Made by a program: the position numbers and the translations under genes. DNA of 64,000 bases from Spirochaetia bacterium (GTDB taxonomy: Bacteria > Spirochaetota > Spirochaetia > SZUA-6 > Bin103), in the NCBI GenBank assembly GCA_965208575.1, contig CBDBOV010000004.1:256001-320000 (forward strand). Direction: 5' to 3'. This document shows, piece after piece, positions 27,729 to 37,783 of the stretch (within the stretch, counting starts at the first letter, position 1; each line of letters starts with the position of its first letter). The notes beneath the pieces were generated by a model. The model was given only the letters and a program-made list of their open reading frames with translations, was not told the DNA's origin and did not search any database.

Positions 27729-28670
27729 ATGCAGCGCACCGCGGTAGAGCCCCTGGAAGTGCGGAGTACGCCGCTTGCCGTGCGCATCATCCGATCCTAC
27801 CAGTTGTACCTGCTCCTGCTGCCCACCGTCGCGCTGGTGTTCATCTTCCAGTACGTGCCGATGTACGGCGTCACCATCGCGTTCAAGAATTTCAAGCCGC
27901 ACCTCGGCATCATCGGCAGCGACTGGGTCGGCCTGCGCCACTTCATCCGCTTCTTCGAGTCACCGAGCTTCTGGCGGCTGATCCGCAACACCATCTTCCT
28001 GAGCGGTTACGAGTTGCTGGTGGGATTCCCGATCCCGATCATTCTGGCGCTGATGATGAACATGGTGACCGGCGCCCGCTTCAAGCGTACCGTGCAGATG
28101 GTCACCTACGCGCCGCACTTCATCTCCACCGTGGTAATCGTCGGCATGCTCGGCGTGTTCCTGTCCAAGAACTTCGGACTGACCAACCACTTCCTGGACG
28201 CGCTCGGTGGCGAGCGGGTGTTCTTCCTCGGCAAGGAGCAGTGGTTCCGGTCGCTGTACGTGTTCTCGGGGGTGTGGCAGAACGCCGGCTGGGGCACCAT
28301 CATCTACCTGGCCGCGCTCAGCGCGATCGACCCTGAGCTGCACGAGGCGGCGATCGTGGACGGCGCCACCCTGTGGCAGCGGGTGTGGAACATCGACATT
28401 CCCGGCATCCTGCCCACCATCGTCATTCTGCTCATTCTCAACGTCGGGCAGATCATGGGGGTCGGCTTCGAAAAGGCGTTCCTGATGCAGAACGCGCTCA
28501 ACCTGCAGGTGTCGGAAATCATCTCCACCTTCGTCTACAAGGTGGGACTGCTCGACGCCCGGTTCAGCTTCTCGGCGGCGGTGGGCCTGTTGAATGCGGT
28601 CATCAACTTCGTGCTGCTGGTGTCGGTGAACCGGTTCGCAAAGGTGCTCGGGCAGTCCGGGCTGTGGTAG
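27729..28670 (+). CDS. Carbohydrate ABC transporter permease (LplB-like)
   Basis: 'YVPMYG', 'PHFIS', EAA loop 'LHEAAIVDGA'. Confidence 0.95.
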   Translation: MQRTAVEPLEVRSTPLAVRIIRSYQLYLLLLPTVALVFIFQYVPMYGVTIAFKNFKPHLGIIGSDWVGLRHFIRFFESPSFWRLIRNTIFLSGYELLVGFPIPIILALMMNMVTGARFKRTVQMVTYAPHFISTVVIVGMLGVFLSKNFGLTNHFLDALGGERVFFLGKEQWFRSLYVFSGVWQNAGWGTIIYLAALSAIDPELHEAAIVDGATLWQRVWNIDIPGILPTIVILLILNVGQIMGVGFEKAFLMQNALNLQVSEIISTFVYKVGLLDARFSFSAAVGLLNAVINFVLLVSVNRFAKVLGQSGLW

Positions 28671-28689
28671 CTCAGGCAATGGTAACGCC

Positions 28690-29601
28690 GTGGCGGTGAC
28701 CGCGCTGTCGCGGCAGGACCGCGTATTGAACGCGATCCTGTACCTGTTGCTGTCGCTGATCCTGGCGGCGGTGGCCTACCCGCTGTTTTTCGTGCTGATC
28801 GCATCGATCAGCGATCCGGTACTGGTCAATACCGGCAAGGTGTGGATCATCCCGCGCGGCCTGACCCTGGACGGCTACGCGCGCATCGTGCAGCACGAGG
28901 ACCTGTTGCGCGGCTACCGCAACAGCCTGGCGTACGCCACGCTCGGCACGGCGCTCAACCTCGGGTTGACCCTGACCGCCGCCTACGCTCTGTCGCGCCG
29001 CGACCTGCCGGGCCGCAACGCGATCATGCTGTACCTCACCTTCACCATGTTCTTCTCGGGCGGCCTGATCCCGACCTTCCTGCTGATCCGCGACCTCGGG
29101 CTGTACAACTCGTTCTGGATCATGATCCTGCCCGCCGGCGGCAGCGCCCTGCACCTGGCGGTGAGCGTGTTCAACATCATCATCGCCCGCACCTTCTTCA
29201 TGAACACCATTCCGCAGGAGCTGCTCGACGCCGCAGTGATGGACGGTTGCAGCGACCTGCGCTTCTTCCGCTCGGTGGTGCTGCCGCTGTCGGGGGCGAT
29301 CGTCGCGGTGCTGATGGTGTTCTACGCGGTCGGCCACTGGAACGGCTTCTTCCATGGGCTGATCTACCTGCGCGAGCGGGAGCGGTTCCCGCTGCAACTC
29401 ATCCTGCGCGACATCCTGATCCAGAACACGTTCACCGAGGAGCTGGAGATCGACGACGAGAACGCGCTCGCCGCCATGATGCTCGCCGAGTCGATCAAGT
29501 ACGGCATGATCATCGTGGCCAGCGTGCCGGTGCTGATCCTGTACCCGTTCGTGCAGAAGCACTACGTGCGCGGCGTGATGATCGGCGCGATCAAGGGTTG
29601 A
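28690..29601 (+). CDS. Carbohydrate ABC transporter permease (LplC-like)
   Basis: 'TMFFSGGLIP', 'DAAVMDG', 'YPFVQKHYVRGVMIGAIKG'. Confidence 0.95.
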   Translation: MAVTALSRQDRVLNAILYLLLSLILAAVAYPLFFVLIASISDPVLVNTGKVWIIPRGLTLDGYARIVQHEDLLRGYRNSLAYATLGTALNLGLTLTAAYALSRRDLPGRNAIMLYLTFTMFFSGGLIPTFLLIRDLGLYNSFWIMILPAGGSALHLAVSVFNIIIARTFFMNTIPQELLDAAVMDGCSDLRFFRSVVLPLSGAIVAVLMVFYAVGHWNGFFHGLIYLRERERFPLQLILRDILIQNTFTEELEIDDENALAAMMLAESIKYGMIIVASVPVLILYPFVQKHYVRGVMIGAIKG

Positions 29602-29655
29602 CCGACCGTTGATCATTCGCCGGGATTGGCGTAGGGTGGCGCCATCTCAAGGAGG

Positions 29656-31275
29656 ATGCTTGTGAAAGGAATGCATCGTTTCGCCGCTGCCGTGCTGGCA
29701 GCGGTCTTGGTTCCCGCCGGTGTGTCGTTCGCCGCGGGAGAGGTCGAATCGGGTGCCGAGGCCGCCGGCGACCGGCTGGCGGAGGTTGGCTTCAACAGCG
29801 CGGGCTACCCGATCGTGGACACGCCGATCACCGTGCAGGCGATGATACGCGGCGCCGCTCACGTGCACTACGAATTCGACGACATGACGCTCATCGCGGA
29901 CCTGCAGGAGCGTTCCAACATCGACCTGGTGTTCGAAACCGTGCCGGGTGCGCAGGCGGCCGAGAAGCGCAACCTGATCTTCGCCAGCCGCGAGTACCCT
30001 GACCTGATGCTCAACATGGGGGTTTCCGACCGCAACCTGTGGGGCGCGGCCCAGGCCGGCGACGTGTGGGCGCTCGACGAGATGATCGACGCCTACGCGC
30101 CGAGCTGGAAGCGGGCGTTCGCCGAACGGCCCATCGTGCGCAAGGCGATCACCCAGCCGGACGGCAAGGTGTACAGCCTCCCCTACTATCGCGAGATTCT
30201 CAACGACTATGGCATCCGCGACACCATGGCGATCAACGTGGACTGGCTTGCCAAGATGGGCATCGACCGGGTCCCGGAGACCACCGAGGAGTTCTACGAC
30301 GCGCTCAAGGCGTTCCGCACCGGCATCGACAACGGCACCCTGCCGGAGAACGGCGTACCGTGGCTCGGGCGGTTCCACGCCTGGGGCAACGGCGGCGAGT
30401 GGGAGCTGTACAACGCCTTCGGCCTGTGGATGAAGGGCCAGGGCTCGGGTGCCGAGAAGTACCTGTCGGTCAATGACGGGGTGGTGGAATTCGGCGCCAC
30501 CGATGCCAAGCTCAAGGATGCGGTCGAGTTCCTGCACCGCCTCTACTCCGAGAGCCTGATTACCGAGGAGTTCTTTACCAACAAGGGGTCCGACTTCACC
30601 CCGAGGTCGCGCTCGGTGCCGCCGATCTCCGGCTACTGGGGCTCCTATTTCATCACCTCCCCGGTGGAGGAGTTCTACGATCCCCTGCCGCCGCTGATGG
30701 GCCCCACCGGCGTGCAGCGCTACCGCTCGCAGCCGGTGCGCCTGCAGAAGAACCAGTTCACGATCTTCAGCAAGTTCGAGTACCCGGAGGCGCTGGTGCG
30801 TTTCATCGATCCGTGGGCGGACGACACGTTCAGCGTCGAAGCCTCCTACGGCGGGCCGCTGATCCGGCAGGAGTCTGACGGCACGCGCACCGTGACCGGC
30901 CGCGGCGTGGACTGGTTCGAGCACGGACCGCACAACTTCTTCCCCACCTACGTGTCGAAGCGCGCCGCCGACAAGGTGAACTGGACCGGGGAGCAGGGCA
31001 ACCGCGACCGCTACATCCGCGAGATCTACGAGCCCTACCTGTGGCCGCAGGAGCGTCATTTCGCCTACATCACCTACACCGACGAGGAGCAGGAAGAGCT
31101 TGCGGTGAGCAGTACCGAAATCGCCAACTACATCCAGACCTCGATCGCCAGGTGGATGGTGGACGGAGGAGTCGACGAAGGCTGGGACGAGTACCTGAAT
31201 GAGCTTGACCGGCTCGGTCTGGACAAGGTGATGGAGATTTTCCAGACCGCGTACGATCGCTTCCACGGCAACTAG
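29656..31275 (+). CDS. Extracellular solute-binding protein (carbohydrate, family 1 type)
   Basis: Signal peptide, 'PDGKVYSLP', 'DWLAKMG...PETTEEFYDALKAF', 'WDEYLNELDRLGL'. Confidence 0.92.
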   Translation: MLVKGMHRFAAAVLAAVLVPAGVSFAAGEVESGAEAAGDRLAEVGFNSAGYPIVDTPITVQAMIRGAAHVHYEFDDMTLIADLQERSNIDLVFETVPGAQAAEKRNLIFASREYPDLMLNMGVSDRNLWGAAQAGDVWALDEMIDAYAPSWKRAFAERPIVRKAITQPDGKVYSLPYYREILNDYGIRDTMAINVDWLAKMGIDRVPETTEEFYDALKAFRTGIDNGTLPENGVPWLGRFHAWGNGGEWELYNAFGLWMKGQGSGAEKYLSVNDGVVEFGATDAKLKDAVEFLHRLYSESLITEEFFTNKGSDFTPRSRSVPPISGYWGSYFITSPVEEFYDPLPPLMGPTGVQRYRSQPVRLQKNQFTIFSKFEYPEALVRFIDPWADDTFSVEASYGGPLIRQESDGTRTVTGRGVDWFEHGPHNFFPTYVSKRAADKVNWTGEQGNRDRYIREIYEPYLWPQERHFAYITYTDEEQEELAVSSTEIANYIQTSIARWMVDGGVDEGWDEYLNELDRLGLDKVMEIFQTAYDRFHGN

Positions 31276-31297
31276 CGGCGCACGGTGGTCTGCGTTC

Positions 31298-31324
31298 GGA
31301 GTCTGTCGCAACCGGACAGACTCC
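31298..31324. terminator. Perfect 10-bp hairpin after the SBP gene (terminator or mRNA-stabilising)
   Basis: GGAGTCTGTC-gcaaccg-GACAGACTCC; no U-tract. Confidence 0.45.
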
Positions 31325-31433
31325 GGACGCGGAGTCCGCCCCCCGCCCCCCGCGTCCGCGCTTCCGGCGCAACGCCAAGCTTGCAGCTTGCAGCTTGCAG
31401 CGCGCCGCGGGCGGCGGTGTATGCTCGCAGTCG

Positions 31434-32330
31434 ATGGCAGTGCAGCTTGGTATCGCACCGATTGCCTGGAGCAACGACGACCTGCCGCAGTTGGGCGCCG
31501 ACACCCCCCTGGAGACCTGCCTGCGGGAGAGCCGCCTGGCGGGATTCACGGGTGTCGAATCGGGCGGCAAGTTTCCCCTGGACGCCGCCGCGCTGGGGGC
31601 GCAACTGCGCGCGCATGAGCTGAAGCTGGTTTCCGGCTGGTTTTCCGGGCGGTTGCTCGACGGTTCGGTAGCGCGCGAGCGGGAGCGCATCGAGCGGCAG
31701 CTCGCCACCTTCAAGGCGCTCGGCGCGCCGGTGCTGGTGTACGCGGAGACCACCGGCAGCGTGCAGGCGCAGCAGGACGTGCCGGTGAGCCGGCGCCCCG
31801 CCCTCGCCGACTCCGACTTTCCCGACTACGGGCGCGAACTGACCGAGTTGGCCGACTACCTGGCAGATCGCGGCGTGCCGATGACCTACCACCACCACAT
31901 GGGTACCGTGATCGAGACCGAACGCGAGGTGGACCTGCTGATGGCCCATACCGGGCCGTCGGTGGGCCTGCTGGTCGATACCGGCCACATGGTGTTCGCC
32001 GGCGGCGACCCGCTGGCGATGGCGCGGCGCCACGCCGCACGCGTGAATCACGTGCACTGCAAGGACATCCGCGCCGCAGTGCTGGCCCGGGTGCGGGCCG
32101 AGGACATGAGCTTCCTCGATGCGGTGCTGGCCGGGGTGTTCACCGTGCCCGGTGACGGCAGCATCGACTTCCGAGCGGTTGCTCACTTGCTGGCGGAGAT
32201 CGGCTACGCCGGGTGGGCGGTGGTGGAGGCGGAGCAGGATCCGGCGAAGGCCAACCCGCTGACCTACGCGCGCATCGGCTACGCGGAACTGACCGCGGCC
32301 CTGGCCGCGGCTCGCGTCGAGGTGGGCTGA
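31434..32330 (+). CDS. iolE: Myo-inosose-2 dehydratase
   Basis: 'GIAPIAWSNDD', 'YHHHMGT', 'DTGH', 'HCKD', 'FTVPGDG', 'VEAEQDP'. Confidence 0.95.
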   Translation: MAVQLGIAPIAWSNDDLPQLGADTPLETCLRESRLAGFTGVESGGKFPLDAAALGAQLRAHELKLVSGWFSGRLLDGSVARERERIERQLATFKALGAPVLVYAETTGSVQAQQDVPVSRRPALADSDFPDYGRELTELADYLADRGVPMTYHHHMGTVIETEREVDLLMAHTGPSVGLLVDTGHMVFAGGDPLAMARRHAARVNHVHCKDIRAAVLARVRAEDMSFLDAVLAGVFTVPGDGSIDFRAVAHLLAEIGYAGWAVVEAEQDPAKANPLTYARIGYAELTAALAAARVEVG

Positions 32331-32526
32331 CCATGAGTGTCGCGTATGGGCACGGCGGTCGCGGTCCCCGCCCTGCGAGCGCCCACTTCCGAACCGGTGG
32401 CGCATCCTGGCCGCCGCCTGACCCGTTTCGCAGTGCCGGGTTCGGCAGAGGCGCGCTCGCCGGCGCGGTGGGCGCCGGATCGGCGCGGCGCGGCCTGGGA
32501 TACGCGGCGCGCACGGGGTTGTGTTG

Positions 32527-33372
32527 ATGCACCGCCCGCTTGGCGGCAAGGTCGCGCTGGTCACGGGCGGCGCGCGCGGCCTGGGGCGCGGCTACGCGCT
32601 GCGGCTGGCGGAATTGGGCGCCGACGTGGCGATCCTCGACCGCAACCTCGATGCCGCCGCGGTCTACGAGTTCGAACGCACCCTGATGACGGCCGCCACG
32701 GTGGAGGAAGAGTGCGCGGCGCTTGGCGTGCGCGCGCAGGCGCGCGAGGTCGACCTCGCCGACCGGGCCGCCGCCGAGCGGGCGGTGGCAAGCGTGGCCG
32801 ACGCACTGGGCGGCATCGACATTGCGGTGTGCAACGCCGGTGGAGGCACCACCCGGTTCGCCGATGAGGCGCCCGGCGTCGGCGACGCTGCAGTGGAAGC
32901 CGGGCGGGAGTCCTCCGACGTGAACACTGCGGCGACGGCGAGCGACTGCCCGCAGGACGTTCTGACCCGCGTGCTCGACATCAACCTGATGACCTGCATG
33001 TACACCTGCATGGCCGTGGTGCCGCATCTGAAGCGCCGCGGCGGCGGCAAGATCGTGACCGTGTCCAGCACCGCGGGGCTGGTGGCGTCAGGTGGCTACC
33101 ACCCGTACGGCACCGCCAAGGCGGCCATCGTGCACTACACGCGTGCCCTGGCCCAGGAACTGGGTCCGCACGGCATCAACGTCAACTGCATCGCCCCCGG
33201 CATCATCCGCACCGGCCGGCTCGGCGACCGCGCCCACCTGGCGCCGCGCATTCCGTTGCGCCGCGAAGGCACCATTGCGGATTGCGTGAAGGTGGTGGAG
33301 TTCCTGGTAACCGACCTGTCCGACTACGTGACCGGGTGCACCATTCCCATCGACGGCGGCCTGTACCACTGA
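32527..33372 (+). CDS. SDR family oxidoreductase
   Basis: TGGARGLG, NAG, YGTAK, 'IPIDGG'. Confidence 0.95.
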   Translation: MHRPLGGKVALVTGGARGLGRGYALRLAELGADVAILDRNLDAAAVYEFERTLMTAATVEEECAALGVRAQAREVDLADRAAAERAVASVADALGGIDIAVCNAGGGTTRFADEAPGVGDAAVEAGRESSDVNTAATASDCPQDVLTRVLDINLMTCMYTCMAVVPHLKRRGGGKIVTVSSTAGLVASGGYHPYGTAKAAIVHYTRALAQELGPHGINVNCIAPGIIRTGRLGDRAHLAPRIPLRREGTIADCVKVVEFLVTDLSDYVTGCTIPIDGGLYH

Positions 33373-33396
33373 CGCCGCGAACCGGCGGCTGAGCAG

Positions 33397-35130
33397 CTAT
33401 CCACCGGTCAGCGGGCTGGTGACGTCGCGGAAGGTCACGCGCCGTGAGGTGGCCACGTCGATGACGGTGGCGACGGGTGCGGCGAGGGCTTCGGCGAAGG
33501 CGGCCGGCAGGTCTCCGGGAGACTCCACGCGCACCCCGTTGCAGCACATCGCGCGCGCCACTTCGGCGAAGTTGGTGGGGGCGAACTCGCTCGCGATCAC
33601 GCGCTCCTGCTGGCCGTGCTTGACCCAGCCGAGGGCGCTGTTGTTGAGCACCACCACCACGATCGGGATGTTCTCGTCGCGCGCGGTCAGCAGGCCGTTC
33701 ATCGCCATGCCGAAGCCGCCGTCGCCGGTCACCGCCAGCACCTGGCGGTCCGGGTAGACCAGCTTGGCGGCCAGCGCGGCCGGGATGGCGTAGCCCATCG
33801 CTCCGATGCCGGGCATGATCAGCGACCCGGGGCTGCGGGTCTGGAAGAAGTGGGTCATGAACAGCCGGTTCTCGCCGGCGTCGCAGGTGATGAACGCGTC
33901 TTCGGCCGTGGCGTTGCAGATCTCGGTGAACAGGCGCGGCGGCAAGACCGGGCTCTCGTCGGAGTGGTAGTCGGCACCGCTGAAGAACCCCTGCTCGCTC
34001 CGGGTAGCGTCCAGGTCCGCCTTGCGCGCGGCGCGGTCCGCCTCCGAGGGGGCGCCGGCCTGGGAGACCGCGTCGTGCAGTTGCGCCAGCACCAGGGCGG
34101 CGTCGCCGACGACGGTGTGGTCGCAGGGAAACGACCAGCCGGCGTTCTTCGGCTCCACGTCCACCTGGATGAGGGTCTGTCGGCGCGGATCGATCAGCTT
34201 CGGGTTCTCGTTGGCGGTGTCGGACGGGTTCAGCCGGGTACCGACCGCCAGCACCAGGTCGGCCGCGCCCACGGTGACGTTGGCGGTGTCCTGCCCGAAG
34301 CTGCCAAGCACGCCGAGCGCAAGCTCGTGCGTTTCCGGGAACACGCTCTTGCCGGAGGCGGTGGTGGCGACCGGGGCGGCCAGCAGCTCGGCCAGGGCGG
34401 CCAGCTCGGCGTAGGCGCCGGCGATGCGCACGCCGTTGCCGGCCACGATCACCGGCCGCCGCGCGCCGGCGAGGGCCGCGGCCGCGGCCGCGACATGCGC
34501 CTCGCCGCCGTGGGCCCTGGCCGGGAGATAGCGCCCGGTCGGGTACAGTGCCGGTCGGCTGTCGGGTCCTACCGTGCCGCCGAGGGCGGCGCTGTGGTAG
34601 ATCACCCCCACCGGGCCGCGCTCGCCGCTGAGCGCGTGCTTGACGGCGAGCTGGGTGTTCTGTACCGCCTGCGCGGCGTCGTACGCGACGGTGGTGTACT
34701 TGGTGACCGCGGCGAGCGCGTTGCGCGTGTCGAACGAGCCGTAGTCGCCGGTGCCGCTCTGATACGGCGCGTGCTGCGAATAGGGCGCCTGGTCGGACAG
34801 GTCGGTCAGCAGCAGCATGGGCGAGCTGCCCATGTGTGCCTCGAGCGTGCCGAGCAGGGCGTTGGCGAGCATGAAGGCGCCCTGCCCGATGGCTACTCCC
34901 GGCTTGCCGGTGAGCCGGCCGTACACCTCGGCCATTACGCTCGCGAGCTGCTCGTGGCGCACCAGCACGGCGCGAATCGCCTCCTGGCGGTCGTACAAGG
35001 CATCGTAGAGCCGCCCCATGTTGCCGCCGATGATGCCGAACACCATGTCGATTCCGGCGCTCTCGAGCGCGCGTACGATCCCGACGCTCGCCGGTCCTTC
35101 TGCCGCCAGCAGCGGCTCGGTGGTTGCCAT
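33397..35130 (-). CDS. Thiamine pyrophosphate-binding protein (acetolactate synthase-like family)
   Basis: 'VRHEQ', 'GAMGYAIPAA', 'GDGGFGM...VVLNN'. Confidence 0.92.
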   Translation of the reverse strand: MATTEPLLAAEGPASVGIVRALESAGIDMVFGIIGGNMGRLYDALYDRQEAIRAVLVRHEQLASVMAEVYGRLTGKPGVAIGQGAFMLANALLGTLEAHMGSSPMLLLTDLSDQAPYSQHAPYQSGTGDYGSFDTRNALAAVTKYTTVAYDAAQAVQNTQLAVKHALSGERGPVGVIYHSAALGGTVGPDSRPALYPTGRYLPARAHGGEAHVAAAAAALAGARRPVIVAGNGVRIAGAYAELAALAELLAAPVATTASGKSVFPETHELALGVLGSFGQDTANVTVGAADLVLAVGTRLNPSDTANENPKLIDPRRQTLIQVDVEPKNAGWSFPCDHTVVGDAALVLAQLHDAVSQAGAPSEADRAARKADLDATRSEQGFFSGADYHSDESPVLPPRLFTEICNATAEDAFITCDAGENRLFMTHFFQTRSPGSLIMPGIGAMGYAIPAALAAKLVYPDRQVLAVTGDGGFGMAMNGLLTARDENIPIVVVVLNNSALGWVKHGQQERVIASEFAPTNFAEVARAMCCNGVRVESPGDLPAAFAEALAAPVATVIDVATSRRVTFRDVTSPLTGG

Positions 35131-35234
35131 ACCGTGCATCCTACAACAAACGCGCCGGTAGGGTTCCGGTTTTTTTTGCGCAGGTGGTCGTGGTGGACGC
35201 GGGGCGGGAAGGCGATTAGGATGCGCGTCCAGAT

Positions 35235-36197
35235 ATGAACGACAAACCACGAATCGTCACTACACTGCAATTGGAGCCGGAGTTCGAGGCACGGCTTGCC
35301 GCCGCCGGGGAGATCGTGTCGCTCGTCGGGGCGCCCCGCGAGCAGGTGCTGGAGGCGCTGCCGTCGGCGCAGGCGTTTCTCGGCTATTTCCGGGTCGATA
35401 ACGAGTTTCTCGACGCCGGGCCGGATTTGCGCGTGGTCGCGACGTCGAGCGTGGGCTACGACTTCATCGACGTGGCGGCGGCGACCGCGCGTGGCGTCGC
35501 GGTATGCAACACGCCGGGCGTGCTGACGGCCGCCGTAGCGGATCTGACCGTGGCGCTGATCCTCATCCTGTCGCGCCGCCTGCTGGAGTTCGAGCGATTC
35601 GCTCGCAGCGGTGCCTGGGCACGCCGCGAGCCGATGCCGGACCTGGCCCACGACATTGCCGGCAAGACGCTCGGCGTGGTCGGCTTCGGACGCATCGGGC
35701 GCGAGGTGACCCGGCGCATGCTGGCGCTTGGCATGAAGGCCGTCTGGTACGACATATTCGAAGGCCCGCCGCCCGACGCCCCGGCGGCGGCGCGCCGGCC
35801 GCTCGACGACCTGCTCGGCGAAGCGGACTTCGTGTCGATCCACATGGACCTGAACGATTCCTCCCGCCACCTGATCGGGGCGCGCGAACTGTCCCTGATG
35901 CGGCCCGACGCCTACCTGGTCAACACGGCGCGCGGCGGCGTGGTGGACCAGGCGGCCCTGACGACGGCGCTGCAGGAGAACCGCATCGCCGGCGCCGGCC
36001 TCGACGTGCTGGCTCCCGAGCCGCCCGACCCGGACGATCCGATTCTCACGCTGCCCAACGTGGTGATCTTCCCGCACATGGCCACGGCGACGCACGAAAC
36101 CCGCAAGGCGATGCGCGGCCTTGCCGTGGACAACGTGATCGCGGTGCTGGCCGGTCAGCGGCCACAGGCGATCGTCAACCCGGAGGTTCTGGAGTAG
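35235..36197 (+). CDS. D-2-hydroxyacid dehydrogenase (glyoxylate reductase-like)
   Basis: 'VGYDFID', 'GFGRIG', 'NTARG', 'GLDV...EP', 'PH'. Confidence 0.95.
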   Translation: MNDKPRIVTTLQLEPEFEARLAAAGEIVSLVGAPREQVLEALPSAQAFLGYFRVDNEFLDAGPDLRVVATSSVGYDFIDVAAATARGVAVCNTPGVLTAAVADLTVALILILSRRLLEFERFARSGAWARREPMPDLAHDIAGKTLGVVGFGRIGREVTRRMLALGMKAVWYDIFEGPPPDAPAAARRPLDDLLGEADFVSIHMDLNDSSRHLIGARELSLMRPDAYLVNTARGGVVDQAALTTALQENRIAGAGLDVLAPEPPDPDDPILTLPNVVIFPHMATATHETRKAMRGLAVDNVIAVLAGQRPQAIVNPEVLE

Positions 36198-36432
36198 CGT
36201 AAGGGCGCCCGGGCCGGGCAGCGGCACCGCCGACGCCCCGCTTCGCGGGAGACGCTGCGCTTTCCGGGACACCCCAAGGCGCGGGGCTTCAACGCGGCAC
36301 GGCGCCTGACGGCTAGTTGCCAAGTTCGGCGCCGTGGCGGCCGGCGGTCAGGGCCGCTCCCGGCTCCCCAACCGTTGCCGCCGGCGCAACCGGGCTACCG
36401 CGGAGGCCGCGCGGTGCGGCCGGGTTCCGGGA

Positions 36433-37224
36433 TCAGACCGGGACGCCGAGAACGTCGCGCAGTTGCGCGCCGGTGGTGCTCCAGTAGCCGCCCAGGATGC
36501 TGACGTCGGCGCCGATGGAGAAGTGGCGCACACCCAGATCGAGGTACTTCTGCGCCACGTTGGGGCTGCCGATTTCGGCGCGCGGGTGGACGCCGCACTC
36601 CAGCGAGCGGCGGAACACGAGGTCGTGGGCTTCCCGCACCTCGGGATGGTCGCGTTCGCCGATGTGGCCGGTGTTCATCGAGTAGTCGGTGGCGCCCCAC
36701 TGCACCATGTCGAGCCCCGGGATGGCCAGGATCTCTTCCAACTCGTCGACGGCGCCCTTCTTCTCGATCATCACCGCCACCACGATGTCGCGAATCGCCT
36801 TCACGTAGGCGGGGCTGCCGCCGGACCCCATCGGCACGTTGCGGCGCGCGGCGGCGCCGTACAGGCCGCTGTCCTCCGGGGTGTCGGGGCGGGCGACGCG
36901 CACACACTCGCGCACGTCTTCGGCGGAGCGGCAGTCAGTGAACAACACCGCCTCAAAGCCGGCGCCGATGCCGCGCTGGGCGAGGAACGCCTGGTGGCTC
37001 TGGTCGATCTTGATCATCGAACCGAGCCCGTACAGCTCGGCGGTGCGGCACACGTTGTCCAGGTCGTGCAGATCGAACGAGCCGTACTCGGCGACGAACT
37101 CCACGTAGTCGAACTGCCGCGTCTGGCCGAGCACTTCCACGCTCACCGGGTCGGGGTTGAAGATGCGCGTACACACCGAAATCTCATTGGCGTTCAGCTT
37201 GTTGCGCAGCGAATTGGTTCTCAC
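36433..37224 (-). CDS. HpcH/HpaI aldolase family protein
   Basis: 'VMIEKKGAVDELEEILAIPGLDMVQWGATDYS'; GTG start behind AAGGAG. Confidence 0.88.
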   Translation of the reverse strand: MRTNSLRNKLNANEISVCTRIFNPDPVSVEVLGQTRQFDYVEFVAEYGSFDLHDLDNVCRTAELYGLGSMIKIDQSHQAFLAQRGIGAGFEAVLFTDCRSAEDVRECVRVARPDTPEDSGLYGAAARRNVPMGSGGSPAYVKAIRDIVVAVMIEKKGAVDELEEILAIPGLDMVQWGATDYSMNTGHIGERDHPEVREAHDLVFRRSLECGVHPRAEIGSPNVAQKYLDLGVRHFSIGADVSILGGYWSTTGAQLRDVLGVPV

Positions 37225-37327
37225 TCGAATCTCCTTGTCGAGGGGTAATCGATCTCGGGGCCGCAGTGTAGCACGATCGGCGCCTTGCAAGTGGGGAGTT
37301 CGCCACCAGCCGGTGACGCCGGCACGC

Positions 37328-37783
37328 TCAGCGGTGGCGGAAGTCCATTCCGTTGGTGCGGCGCTGAAATCCGAGCCCCTCGTAGAACGGCACCACGTCG
37401 TCGGCGCAATCGAGGATAGTCTTGTAGCAGCCCGCTTCCCTGGCCCGCTCGAGGAGGTAGCGAACCAGCGCCCGTCCGATCCCCCTCCCCTGCTGTTCGA
37501 CGGCCACCGCCACGTCCTCGATGTGCCCCGCCCTGCCCGCCTGGTTGATGAACTTGTGCTCGACCAGCAGGGTGGCCGCGCCCACCACGCGGCCGTCCAC
37601 CACCGCCACCGCCACCACGCAGTCAGGATTACGCTCCAAGCGCCGGAACACCTCCAGCGCACGCTCCGGCGCCAGGTCGCTGGCCGGCCGCAACGCATCC
37701 AGCGCCTCCAGGAACCCATTTCGCAGATCGTCCTCCCGCAACGTCCGCACCGTCACCGATGCCTTACACCTTGTTCTGGCCAT
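37328..37783 (-). CDS. GNAT acetyltransferase, glucosamine-6-phosphate N-acetyltransferase (GNA1)-like
   Basis: 'LLVEHKFI', 'GHIEDVAV', 'QGRGIG', 'GCYKTILDC', 'FYEGLGF'. Confidence 0.88.
   Translation of the reverse strand: MARTRCKASVTVRTLREDDLRNGFLEALDALRPASDLAPERALEVFRRLERNPDCVVAVAVVDGRVVGAATLLVEHKFINQAGRAGHIEDVAVAVEQQGRGIGRALVRYLLERAREAGCYKTILDCADDVVPFYEGLGFQRRTNGMDFRHR

Noticed and set aside
35154-35177. Hairpin plus T8 resembling a terminator
   Set aside because: Only a 5-bp stem, in a divergent promoter gap with no upstream + strand gene to terminate
36198-36432. GC-rich convergent intergenic region as a possible ncRNA or MITE
   Set aside because: No terminal repeats, promoter, or second copy in the window could be identified
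36433-37719. 428-aa ORF suggesting a GNAT-aldolase fusion
   Set aside because: The upstream part is an off-frame reading of the GNAT gene; the aldolase has its own RBS and GTG at 37224
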